Shown here piece after piece: positions 37,956 through 50,593 of a stretch of DNA of 64,000 nt. Location of the stretch: assembly GCF_009834535.1 (NCBI RefSeq), contig NC_045697.1, forward strand, positions 93,374,001 through 93,438,000, written 5' to 3'. Made by a program: the position numbers and the translations under genes. The notes below the pieces were generated by a model that saw only the letters and a list, made by a program, of their open reading frames with translations, did no database searches and had not been told where the DNA came from. The DNA comes from Camelus ferus. Its lineage: Eukaryota. Within the stretch, counting starts at the first letter, position 1. Every line of letters starts with the position of its first letter.

Positions 37956-40759
37956 TACTGTGCATCCATTTATGGTACCAAACTATATCTTAACATTTAT
38001 TTTTTTTTTATTATTACAGGAATCAATATTGCCTTTAAAGACAGGCTCACAAAAATAAAATAACGTTTTCATTCTAAATGTCTTGGAATTTTAAAAAAAG
38101 TATATAATTTTAGCTTCAGCAGCCATATAAAATTTTTAAAATTGAATCTGACTGAACGTAATAAATGATATGCTATTGATGGAACATCAGTGTCTAAGAA
38201 GATTCAAAATGTTGGGTTTATTTTTTCCTCAAATTTAGAGTAATTCTCATTGAAGCATTGGAGTGTATTTTATCCAATGATTTACTGGATACATTTTCAT
38301 TGTTTTCAGAATATATTCATCTGCACCAATAACAGTTGTAAGAAGATAATGTAAACTTTTAAATTAACATTCCTTAAAACCACTTAATCCCTATAGTTGC
38401 ATTTGAAATGGAAAACATAGCAATCATTGGTATGAAAAATGAAAAATAGAATAAGCAGTCATAAAATACAATTTTCATGAATGTGAAATGTGGAATGGGT
38501 TTATTACAAATTATTTTCTAGTGAATTTGAGTCCCTAATTAATTTGATTAAAATTATAATTTTCTATCATTATATATTCAATAATTAAATGGGTATAGCA
38601 TATAATGAGTTAGTGGTTGTGTTTATTTTTATTGAGAAGTAAATTGTATACTAACTTAATTTTTTTTCTTTCTAAAAAGGATTGCCTTTTTTCTAATTCA
38701 CATAAATGTAGCTTAGTGCTTACATAGCCCTGTCAATCTGCTTTGTCAGGCTAAAATTTTCAATTCATGTTCAGTCATTCTTTGAAGAAAAATGAAGCAA
38801 TACTGTTTATGAACAATATAGTCTTAATGCTAGATGAATTGAACAGTTGATGGATATGGATGTCAACTCCTTCATAAACAACAAAGCTGCACAAAAATAA
38901 AAAGGCTGAAAACCACATCATCAGCCCCTCTAGAACCCATTGGCAGAAAAAACAAACGGTGTTTTCCAGAGTAAGTGCTGTTGGGCAAATTTGTATATTG
39001 TTTCCCAAGGTGAGTAGCATCAGGGATATATTTATTAAAGGAAGGGATTAATTTTACCCAATAACGTAAAAAAGATTACCCAAGAATAAAGTCAGTGTGG
39101 GTGAAATGGCATAAAAAGGATATTAACCTGATATTCTAATCCTTACCACCACTCTTAGATACACTTTCTAGGAGACATTTACATACTCCAGGCTTTATAA
39201 TGGCGTAGTTAAGACCGAAGTTACATCTTAGTTTATTTAAGCTTATAAAATCAATGCTTTAAAAAAAATAAAATTAGAGGACATTGTTTCTTTAGCATAT
39301 TTGTTTAAAAGGTAAGAAAAAAATTAAAAGATCTAGAGTAGTATCATGAATTATTGCCTCAAAGTATGTTTCTCCTTTGTCATTTTAATACTGTTTCTGT
39401 ATATTAGTTGTTTCTCATTCTGTTCAACATCTTCATTTTGAGGAATAAATGATCTAGCAAATACCAAATCAATATTTTAATTCTAATTAATTCATTCTAC
39501 TCAAGGAACTGAGATGAATTAGAATATGACAATTCCATGGGCATGCCAAAATTATATATTTTAAATTCATATTGAAACGCATTTATTATTATAAATTATT
39601 TGGGTATAAAACTTAAACTTACAGCTCCATATGCAATTTTTCATGTGACTGAGTGATCTGATTTACTCTTAAGGTCTCAGACTACTTTGTCAATTCCTCA
39701 GAGATTCTGTACCTTACTGTCCAGTTCTAAGGACTAACCCTCTTCCCTCATTCTCAGCGTTGTACACCCTGTTGTTTTTCTTTAGAATCCTAATAAAACC
39801 TCTAGTTATATTTTCCTATAGCTATATGTTTTTATTCATTTAGTAATCTATTAGTTAATTTATTTAGACATAAATCTAAACTTGAGAGGCTTGATTTAAT
39901 TATTCCCATTACTGGTAAGTAATTAAGTATGTCTGAATCCTAAATAATATGATCGGGATCTTCCAGTTTCAGTAGTGGAGCTGAGACTCATAGCCAGGTT
40001 GATTTTTCAAGTCCAGTGTTCTTTTTACCATATTGACCTTCCTTACATGAGATTATACCTTAAATCTTTAAAAAAAAAATTCCTAATGGATAACTGATTG
40101 CCTACCAAATATCCTTCACTAAGCATTGGTCTGGATAATTGAAACTTAAGTTATTAAGCTTATGATCTAGTAAAATGAATACTCTATTCTATGCTAATTT
40201 TCTACTTTTATTCACTTGAAAAGGCTGCTTCCTATTAAATCATCTGACTCTTGTTAGAAATTATAAATAAAATTAGGTCCATTTAAACATCACACTCACG
40301 GAATCAATATTAAAGGAGAAAATAGAAGTCGTTATTGCCATTGACACCAATTAATCCTTATTAAACATCCACAGAGCTCCTGGCACTCAACAGCATGCTG
40401 AAGAAAACATATGTAGTGAAAAGTCTTTGAATTAATTCAACTTTAGTCCATAAAACTAAACACTGTAAAATATGAAGTAGTATCATGGAAAGATTGTCAT
40501 GCTCAATTTAGGTCTAGAATTGAGAGAAAGTGAAACACTTTGAAAAATGCAAATATTTTTCCAATAGAATTTTTTTCATACTTCAAGTAAATCTTGTGTC
40601 AAAATTTATCATTGGATTATGTATTTTATGAATGTGTGTAGTTAAAAGATAGATATTTGAACCAGATATAACATTGCCTGTCAACTTTAATTTGAAGTTG
40701 GTACATCAAAAAATTTATATTATGCTGAAAATTATAGTAACTGTTAAGTCATATAAAAT

Positions 40760-40950
40760 AATAGCTATGAACCTTGTGAATCAGATGAAAATTTAAGTTC
40801 TGCTTTTCCAGTTACTCAGTGTGTCTTAGTTTTATTTTACACATCTGTAAAATAGTATACATAATAATACTTATTTCATATGGATATTAATCAGATTTAA
40901 TTATGTACAAAATGGTACTTAGCCATTTGTGTTTGGTAATGAGTGTCTGT
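40760..40950 (+). mobile_element. MIR SINE remnant
   Basis: Core 'gtgtcttagttttattttacacatctgtaaaatag...ataataatacttatttcatatgg'. Confidence 0.6.
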
Positions 40951-41344
40951 ATACCTTACTTACTGTTTTCATTTTTCAATTGCTGTTCAAACTGAACTTA
41001 ACCAGAAATTATATGCTTACTCTTAACCTTATCATTTTAAATGAATAGAGAATAATCATAGGTTTATTTTTGTTCTGTTTGTTTGGATTTGGTTTTGAAA
41101 TTTAAGTCACGTTGATTCAGATGATAATTTTATTTACCAGTTTTTGCTATTTAAGCAGTCTAAGAAAATGTTTAAATGGATTGTTTTAATTTCATTTATT
41201 GTGACTGACCCCACAAATATCCTTTTAATTCATTGCTTTTAATTTTTGTTACTGGCTTGCTCATATTTTTTCTGTAAACTCTGACAGATTTTATTTTTCA
41301 AATATAACCACATCATCATATTTTATTCCTTCTTACAATGTGAC

Positions 41345-41440
41345 ATTCACACTGCTTTCCTGAGAGATGAGTCTAATCTCCTCCAAGTCTGGTTGTGGGG
41401 CTTGGTGACTTGCTGTTGAATAGAATGTAGTGGAAGATGA
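41345..41440 (+). mobile_element. MLT1 LTR 5' fragment
   Basis: 'gagatgagtctaatctcctcc...ggcttggtgacttgctgttgaatagaatgtagtggaag'. Confidence 0.55.
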
Positions 41441-44400
41441 GGCCATAAAAGGAAAGTCAGCTTTCATGTAAGGTATTGTAGAAGAAGTAATATTTATTTG
41501 TGCTATTAAAATAAATAGGAAGTGAAAACACAGATGGGAAGGAGAACAGTTTTTTTTTTCTTGTTTCTGTTCACAGAAAAAAATCAATATGAATTACAAT
41601 AAATATGTGAAAAAATGGTGAATCAAGTATGAGTAACAGAAATTTAAATAGCATAATATAATACCGTAAGGTTTATGAAAAGACTCAATGAGGCTAGGAT
41701 TTGAAGTGTAGTTGGTCAACAATTGTGAATGTTTTTGAAAATAAATACTTGAGATTCCATTTAAGTCTGTATGTAAAGGAAAATAATTAATAGTTTAAGA
41801 AGAAGGGAATAACATTATTAGATTAGGAGTTTGTAGAAAACAGTAAAATGTAATGCATACTTTGATGGAAGTTAGCAGTTGGAAGATAGATTCAAAGCAT
41901 ATCAGCATTCCAGTTTTTTTTTTTTTTCAATTTAAAGGAAATAGTGTTCCAAAGAGGTAAAATTACTGCAACTATAGAGAAGGGGGAATTAAGAGAGATA
42001 TTAGAGAGGAAAAGCCAGAAAGAGCATTTATGTGGCTCACAAAAGTTTTTTCTTTCCATAAAAAAACTTGACATTTCCAAAAGAGTATACAAAGTGAAAG
42101 TTAATATACTTACAGTGTTTTTATTTATGAGGTATTTTTAAAAAACTTCTGTTGTGGTGCTTCCATAAATGTTCTAAAATGCATGAAGCAGAGAAGATAA
42201 TTTCTGAAATATGATTGATATTATAGACTCCATGAAATATAAACTGTGTAATATATATATATGCTTAAACATACTTAAAGTATTTAAGTTTAAATAGATT
42301 TATTTGTTCCCTGTATTAAAATAATTTATAGCTCATAACTTAGCATATTCTCCATATATCTTTACATAAAATGATATAACAAGAATGGTAGGTTAACAAA
42401 ACTGTAAGACAAGCAATACTTCAAATAAGAAGTGTTCTGCAAAATTACAAAATCCATGATTAAAGTACAGAAAATTTGTTTTTCAAAGAAATCTAAAGAT
42501 GTATTACCCTTATTCAAGATTTCTATCTCTTTCTCTTTTGTAATAGAATATATTTCTATTAATCATTTCAATCTATCATGTCAAAATTTATTCTTAATTT
42601 TTATTATACATGTAAAATATAATATCTCTCAAAGTTGTAAAAATATATCTCCATTGTTCTTTAAAGTATTCTGATTGTGTTTTGATTTTATTAGAGTGAG
42701 TTTTAGTCAGGTTCAATCATTTAAGTTTTAAAATACACTTCCATAAGAACTTTCATTAAATAAAAACTCTCAAAGAGAATCCTTATTTTAGTTAGTAGAA
42801 GAATACTGCATCTTAGCTGAATATTTCAATGTACAGTAAACATGTTTTCCTTGAGTAATTGTTTGGTGTTTCTATTTTCTCTTCATCACCATTGCTAAGC
42901 AAAATAATAACAGCATTGAATTAGTGTTTATCTCCTCATAGTACTCTCATAGGAGGCTGAATAAAGTGAATACAATATTTATGATTCCTGTCTTCTGAAA
43001 AAAATTTAATATAAGCAACACTATTGTGAAAATATGTGTCTGAACACACAGAAAAAGGTTAAAATTAACCTTAGTGTTTATATGAAATGCCAATAGCTGA
43101 ACTAATATGATTTTGAGGAAACTGGGTAGAAACAGGCTGCTTGCTATTTCTGTATTAATCTTGTTCTTAGTTATTGGCTGTTGTTTGAACTTTGTTCATA
43201 AGGAAAAATTACTCCACTTTACTGAGTCAGTAACATAAACCCTGTATTGTCTACTCTCTGCTGCTCAGCAGTTTTGGACAAACTTTTGGTTTTTTGCTTT
43301 CTTTTTCTTTTGATTAATGAATCTCAGTCGATTTATCTTCTAATTTGAGTCATCATTTGTGTTTCCTATTAATACATTCCTGCCAGATACTGTGATAATA
43401 CTCTTTATGTTTAGTACAGATAATACTTGTGACTTCTGACTTGCTGTCTCTGTGTAGTGTCTAACTTCTTCCATATTATAGCTCTGGTTTCTCTCAAGAA
43501 GGCTGAATGGTTTATGGAGTTCTTAGGTTCAGAAAAAATAGGCTCAGAATTATATAATTACTTACAGGTTTCAAGGTTTTGTTAGATGATAAAATATGAG
43601 ATAGAAGGAGATTGATAGACTGGAAGAGATGAATTCTCCATTCCCTTGGAAAACACTAGTCTGAGGTAATCAAGTATGCAGGTATTCTATAGTTTTTCCA
43701 TTTTAGAATGAACAAAAAATTGACTTTTACATAGAAGGAATAAAAAATATCAGCGCATATCTTTGTATTCCCAACAAATGTCCTTGAGAAGATACAAAGA
43801 TGATAGTTTCATACTAGCACACCTATTAAAATTTTAAGTGGAAGAATAATGGTCAAAATAACAGATCAAATTTAGGGGAGTAGTATTTTTATAATTATTG
43901 GGAGAGAGATTAGGATAGTTATGTGTTCAATAAAGAGAGTTGTAGCCAACAATATTTCTAGAGTAGAAGAGATTTAGGGTGACAAAATATATAGATAAAA
44001 TTTATATTATAAAATAAGTTTTGAATTTAAAATACCTTTTTAGTTATTTAATGATTATGTATTTTAAGATAGTGATCTCTTGAGTTTAGATTGTGAAAAA
44101 AATTATAAGTTTTATATACATGAGCAATTTATTATGAAAATTATGTTTTATTTTCTTTTTTACTAAATGCAGTTGTGGATTCTATTGTCTGCCAATATTT
44201 AGATTATTAGTGATATATCTCTTCAGAATTTAATAATATACCACAGGTTCAAGGTTTTGTAAGCCCACTCAGAGTATTTTAAATTGCATATTTCTAAAAG
44301 CTTCTGAGAGTCCCTTTGAGAAGTGGATTCATAGAATTCAGTACATTCTGAAAAGGTTCTGCTTAAAATTTAAATTTAGACAGATGCTTTAAAATATTTC

Positions 44401-45019
44401 TTGAAAAATTATAAGGGGATATTGTTATCCTTGAATTATTTAAAATAAAATGAAATTTTTTAAAAGGAAAGAAAATACCCCCAAAATGTAAAAGACATTT
44501 TAAAAAATTAGAGCTACAAAATACTATCAACATAAATTTCTGGTTTCTGACAAAATAGAATTTCAAGAGACAAGCATGACAGTTACAAAGAGGGAAATGT
44601 GAAAACAAATAAACAAGGTTATAATATAACCTACAGTGTAAATAACAGAATTGATTTAAAATTTGTTGGGCAAAAACTGACAAAATAACACAAAGAACCA
44701 ATCAGAGTCAAATCTTGTAAAAGCTGTTACTTCAACAAACAAAACAAATAGTGAACCTGTAGGATTTTTGAGTAAGATTATTGGAAAGAATCATTTGTGT
44801 ATGAACATAAGTCTTATTTCCACATATTATTTTTAACTTGTATATTATTTGTAAGCCATCTAGTAAACGTACATGTATTGACAGGATAGTAGGGTTTATG
44901 GAAAAAAACAAATTTCAAAAAATTGAGGTCAGACTTACTTTCAGAATTTAAGATAAAATTTAAATAATAAAAAACAGAAAAATAACTAATATTACTGAAT
45001 ATTTAGAAAATGAAAACTT

Positions 45020-45650
45020 ACCATTCAGTAAACTATGTCAAAGGAGAAATCACATCATCATAGTAAATATTATGATACATTTGTAACTAAATGAAAAGAA
45101 TACTACACATTATAATTTGTAAGGTACAGATACAGTATCACTCAGAAGGAATTTAAAGGCAATTATTGAAAAACATATTTAAAAAAATAAATTAACTGAA
45201 GTTTAAAGCAAAAAAATAAAGTGAAATATTTAAATATGTAAAATAAAGGGATTTTACTTAAATAAATAAAATATGAAAAGAAAAAAAGAGAAGTGATCAA
45301 TAAAGCCAAAAGTGTGTTACTTGCAATGACTAATAAAATAAACAACACATTTGACAAGTATGCATGGGACAAAAAGGAACAAGATCAAGGAAGCACTATT
45401 AGGAATGAGAATGGGTTTATAATTGTAATATTCAGAGTAGGAATATCAGGTATGAAGAAATCCCAGAAATACCAAGAAAACAAAATGAAACACAATTTCA
45501 TATTAATCATTTTGTTGAAAAATTATAGTAAACACAAGTGGGAGTATGAAAAATGATGAGTTTAATTTAGTACAACCTCTTCTGAAAGCAATCTGCAATT
45601 AATAGGAAAATGGAAAGTTCATATACCTTAAGGCCAGACATTTGTATTCT
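45020..45650 (+). mobile_element. Ancient L1M/L1ME ORF2 fragments
   Basis: ORF 45293-45556 begins 'INKAKSVLLAMTNKINNTFDK', similar to L1 ORF2 'INKTKSWFFEKINKIDKPL'; later 'tagtacaacctcttctgaaagcaatctg' is ORF2 C-terminal-like. Confidence 0.7.
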
Positions 45651-45732
45651 TTTTTTGTATATATATATTTTTTTCATTAAAGTATAGTCAGTTTACAAAG
45701 TTGTGTCAATTTCTGGTGTAGAGCGTAGTGCT
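45651..45732 (-). mobile_element. Very short (82 bp) young L1 3' tail
   Basis: Perfect 16-bp TSD CAGACATTTGTATTCT (45635-45650 / 45733-45748); body 'aagtatagtcagtttacaaagttgtgtcaatttctggtgta'. Confidence 0.95.
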
Positions 45733-45748
45733 CAGACATTTGTATTCT

Positions 45749-46200
45749 GAAGATGATGGAGCCATGTGGATATCTGGGGAGGAGTCTCCCAAGCAAAGGG
45801 CATGGCCGATGCAGCGCTGTGACCCATCACTGTCGAGAGGGTTAAAGCGATGGGCTAGAGGTGAGAGGGTGTGAGCAGCAGAGTAAGAGGACATGAGGTT
45901 AGTGATGGGGAACAGATAGTAGTAGGTGGTGACATCGTCCAGGCTAGTAAAATTTTTGACTTTTATTCTGAGCAAAGGAAAAGCCACCGGAGGGTTTTGA
46001 GGTGAAAATTTTCACTTTAGGTTTAAAGGCAATAATTCTGGGTTCTAAGAACACACTGCAGTGAGCATGGCTAGAATGAGGGCACCACTTAAGTGGGAAG
46101 CTAGTGTATTAACTGATTGCACGTTGGTAATGGGATGCACCAGGTGGGTAGTGAGACAGGCAGTCAGATAGCTGATTTGTGGAAATATCTGGAAGGTGTT
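45749..46200 (-). mobile_element. L2 LINE fragment
   Basis: 'gagccatgtggatatctggggaggag...caagcaaaggg' and 'gacttttattctgag...aagccaccggagggttttgag'. Confidence 0.85.
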
Positions 46201-49200
46201 GATCTAAAATGTCTGGGAATTCTATCGTGTTAAGCATTTAAATTTCAGTATTTTTTAAAAAGTTTCTCATGAAAATATTATGAAATATTAGTAGGTGTTT
46301 ACAGATATTAGAAATATTCCTAAAATATATACTGACTACTATACTCTAATGTTGCAAATATGTTTTGTAAAGAAAATCTGAAGTTTTAAATGTTCAGGAA
46401 TGCATCTGTTTTAATATATATTGAAATATAACCAAACCATCAATAACAGGAGGGCTGCTATGGATGACATAAGATTTAAATAATTTACAACTCATTAAAG
46501 TGGTCTAGCATACCTCTCAACAGTGTGAGTTCAAGTGATTAATTTATATATAAAATACGAAGTTGTCTCATTAGGTTTTTCTCTATAAGTGTAATCTCGG
46601 TAACTGTAGACATGGGGGGATTTAAGATTTTAGGTGAAAATACCTGAAGAAATATATTTACAGTAGTATGTTATGCATATTAGAGGGGCACACATGAAGC
46701 TAAAATCAGGCTTATAATGAAATACAAAGGATGGTATGTTTGTTTGGAATAAATAATGTTAAAGACTTTAAATTAACATTATGTTAATTATTATTGCTGA
46801 ACACTGATCAAGCAAAACAAAATAAAAACCCAGCTTTCATAAATCTGCTTTCTCATCCTTTGTATGGTTAAGAACAAAATTAAAACACATGAGGGGGTAG
46901 TGGTTATCAGTTCTTAAAGCATCTTAGATGGTTAGTAGTCACAAAACTTATATATGAGTAAATAACTGCTGAAATGTAGCGCTATAGAAATAGTCATGAA
47001 ATTAGATTCTGGTGGATGGTTTGTGTATGCATACATATTCAGGGCTTTTTTTTTTCCTAGAAAACCTGACATTGACACATAAAAGAAGAATATTCTGCTA
47101 CTCCATTCTCAAGTGTGGTCTTTGTATTTCTTTGTGAGGGTTGAAGGATTATTGCTGAAATACAGTAGGCACAATTATGTTACTCTACAATAATATAAAT
47201 ACAAGCAGATCTCTAATAAAATTGTCACAAATGTTATCTGAATGTGCAATTGTGAATTCAGGTCAATACAATACAAGCATGTAAAACTGTAGCAGTATAA
47301 AAAGTTGTGTTCCACAAATCAACTGGGAAAGCTTTTTCCCATCTATTTTATAAAATAATGTGTCAAACTCAGGTCTCATGGTGACTTCTGACACAATGCT
47401 ATAAAGGTAAATGATTTTTAAGAAATAAGGTAGACAGGTATTTTTTTAATTCAAATTGCTGAAAATTTGGTTTGCACAAAGCCCACATTTGAGTAATTGT
47501 CAGAGTTGAGAAGTTTTTAAAAACGTGGAAAGGTTTATGTGAAAATACTGTTTTTTTAATAAAAATTATCCTTAATGTTAATAGTATAAAAATTATAACA
47601 TTTTCAAAGTCCTATGGTCTTTTTTGACCACAATGGAAATTTTGGGAGTGCCTAACCCTTTATTATCCGTGACATAAAGATAATAATTAGAACCATAAAT
47701 GCTAAGAATGGGTATTTCTTCCATAGCTAGAATATGGCTGAGTTGGTTACTGATGTTCTGTTCATAACTTTAATTTGTGTAGCCTCTCACTACAGACAAT
47801 TTTGTTTAAAAAAGTATACTGTATTTATTTGCAAAAAATATTCTTCAGAGGGTAACCTACATTTGGAAATTCTACATTATAAAATTACCTCACCTAGATT
47901 TAAATTATTTGAACTATTCTTATATTAAGGTTTTAGGGGCAAAGTACCAAACGAGGTATATTTTTAGCATAAAGTTTCCTTAAATTAGAAGAGTTTTATC
48001 TAATTTACATCTAATTGGTGGGATTATTGGAAATATAAGAGCATTTACATTTAGTGCTACATAAAATATTATGTGCAGTTAGTCTCAGCTGACAAACTTA
48101 AAATGAGCTCATCAAAGCTCATTATCTAGTGACTTTTGAAAGGAGGCATTTCATCTAGAGAAACTCTTGTATGGGGCAAAATAATTCAGAGTTTTTTCTA
48201 TTCAGTCTATTAGTATTTGCTCAGTAAAATATAGACTCCTAAGAAACTCATCTTTTTTTCTAATTCCTAAGCACAGACCTTGGAGGGGAAAAAAAAAAAA
48301 AAAAAGTGCCCGAGCTAGGAGGGTAATGTCTGATGTTCCTTTTGCGCCTCCGTGCTCTCTGAAGAGGGGAATTGGTTTCTGTCCTCTGCTTAAGCCTGAT
48401 GTCTCCCTCCTAAAAATATCTCTGCATGACTTCATTTTGCTTACAGTGTTTTATTAATAGTTATTGGCTAATTTTGCATGTTTTGTAGACAGAATTGTTT
48501 GAATTGCTTATTACTGGTAATTTGTTAACAGCACAGGGCAGCCTTGAGGAGAGTGGTTGGTCTACCATTTAAGAAATAGCTTATTTATCTGATGTCTGAT
48601 GCTAAATTAAGTAAGAGAAATTGATTATATTTTACAATGGAAAAATATGGCTGGCATGCTTAAGCTTCTAGTGGACTAAGTGTTTCTGTCTGTCTGCCTG
48701 TCTGTCTATCATCATAATCTATAATCATTAATCAGCTGAGATAGCATAATCACCTACTTCTCAGTAAGCCACTATGTCAACTTCCATACTCTATCTTTGA
48801 TTATCTTTCTAGTTCCTTTTGTAAGTACTCATCTTGTAAGCATATAAATAATGTTCACTCATAAGTCTCTTGAATTTAAAAATCCATTCAATATTGAACA
48901 TTTATTCACATATTGTAGTCTTTTAAATAGTATTTAAACACAGAGTGAGTAATTTTCCTTATCTGAAAATAGAATGTCCAGGTATAAAACTAAGTAATAA
49001 ATCAGCTACAATAACAGAGCAAGAACACTGAATTACAGAATAAAGTGAAATCCTGACAGTCTGTGTAAGTCATTTTAACATTCTGGGTTTCACATCAATG
49101 TATATTTAAGATGAGAGAGTTGTTACTCCTCTAAAGGTCAGTGTTCAAAAATAATAACAAGCTTACTGAACATTATTCATTTCTGATACTATGTTTGTTC

Positions 49201-49598
49201 CTATTTGGGAGTTATTTGTACAAGTTTATTTTCCACTACCAAGTCATCTATGTTACATAAACCTAAGTAAATTGTTACAACAATTTTTGTAAAGAAAATT
49301 ATGATACAAAGTGTTTACAGATTCAATTCAACATTATTTTTTTCTGTAGAAAAAAATTAGGTTCTATTGAAATGTCTCAAATTACACATAGTGTGTGAGA
49401 GTTTTTTTTTTTATAAAAGGAACTAATGTGTAAAATAAGTAGTTTAATCAATTTGAATAATGTTACATTTTGGTAAAAAAGAAATAATTATTTTATTATA
49501 ATTTTGTATAAATAATTTGGATAAACACAAATAAACGTGAAATTCATTCTGAAATAATTTATTTGCATGTATGAGATTTAGACAATAATGCTGACAAG

Positions 49599-49820
49599 GA
49601 GGCAGTATAATACAGTAGTTAGGTTTCTGGGCTCACATGACTGTCTCCTCCTGGCCTTTTTTCCCCAATTGTGAGAATTTGAACAGATCTCTGTTTCTTT
49701 GTATATAACAATGAAAAAGTAATCATCTTTACTAGACTAGGAGTGAGAATCAAATTAAACAGTCCACTTGTAGGTCTCTGTCAGTGCCTGGTATAAAGAT
49801 CTCAATAATTTATCAGCTAT
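49599..49820 (+). mobile_element. MIR SINE remnant
   Basis: 'gaggcagtataatacagtagttagg...ctctgtttctttgtatataacaatg...cagtgcctggtataaagatctcaataa'. Confidence 0.65.
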
Positions 49821-50156
49821 GGCAATTATATAAATAAATATAATTCAAATTACTGTGCATATGCAACCCACTTCCTAAATTCCCATATATAAACATTTAC
49901 AGTGAATGAAGGGTTTAAATATAAATACAATTATCACACCTTATCTTCTAACTCTGTACTCAAATAACTCATGTTAATCTCAAAAAGTGCTGGAAAAGCC
50001 GCTGGAAAACAAGCCACTAGAAAATAAGCCTCACCTAAATTTCCATGAGCTTAAAATATTATAGTCACATTTGCTTGCTTAAAATGTGCACGCTTGCTTT
50101 GTTTTAATGTTTTACAGAGTAGATGACCTATAGCACGTATTATGCTAAAGAAAATT

Positions 50157-50593
50157 TGTAAGGAGAAATCCTGAGATTGACCATAAGGGCATGAAGGAGG
50201 GCAGATTATTTCCTTAGGGTGGAACAATTGAGGGTCCTGGAAGCCAGAACATCAATTAACAGAACTTTGTTCTGGCATGAAATCATGCTGTTTAACCCGA
50301 GGGAATTATTTGCTATCTCGAGATGTCCTGGAGGCAATAACAGGATAGACTTAGAAAATCTGCATACCCGAAGGAGGGTGTTTGTTCCTGGTGGGATAGC
50401 CCCACCTCTATGGTCACATTTTTTTCTGAGCTGTATACTCCTAATAAATATGATGTCGACCAGGCTTTCGGGGCTCTAGAGCCACGAGATCTTGAGTCCC
50501 CTGGTCCCATCTTTGCTCTTTACTTTGTCTCTGTTTCTTAAGTCTTGAATCGCCTGTCCTCAGATACGGTCCCGAGCTGTGCTGGACGCAGCA
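50157..50593 (+). mobile_element. Young solo LTR, possibly ERV2/ERVK-class
   Basis: TGTAAGG...GCTGGACGCAGCA termini; GC-richer than flanks with about 10 CpGs; TATA-like 'taataaata' near 50442. Confidence 0.75.

Noticed and set aside
38775..39015. Donor-like sites (AGA/GTAAGT ~38971, AAG/GTGAGT ~39010) suggesting an exon
   Set aside because: Frames tested from the nearby AG acceptors hit stop codons. A non-coding exon cannot be excluded but is unsupported.
48289..48305. A17 tract as the tail of a processed pseudogene
   Set aside because: No upstream poly(A) signal, TSD or mRNA-like body seen.
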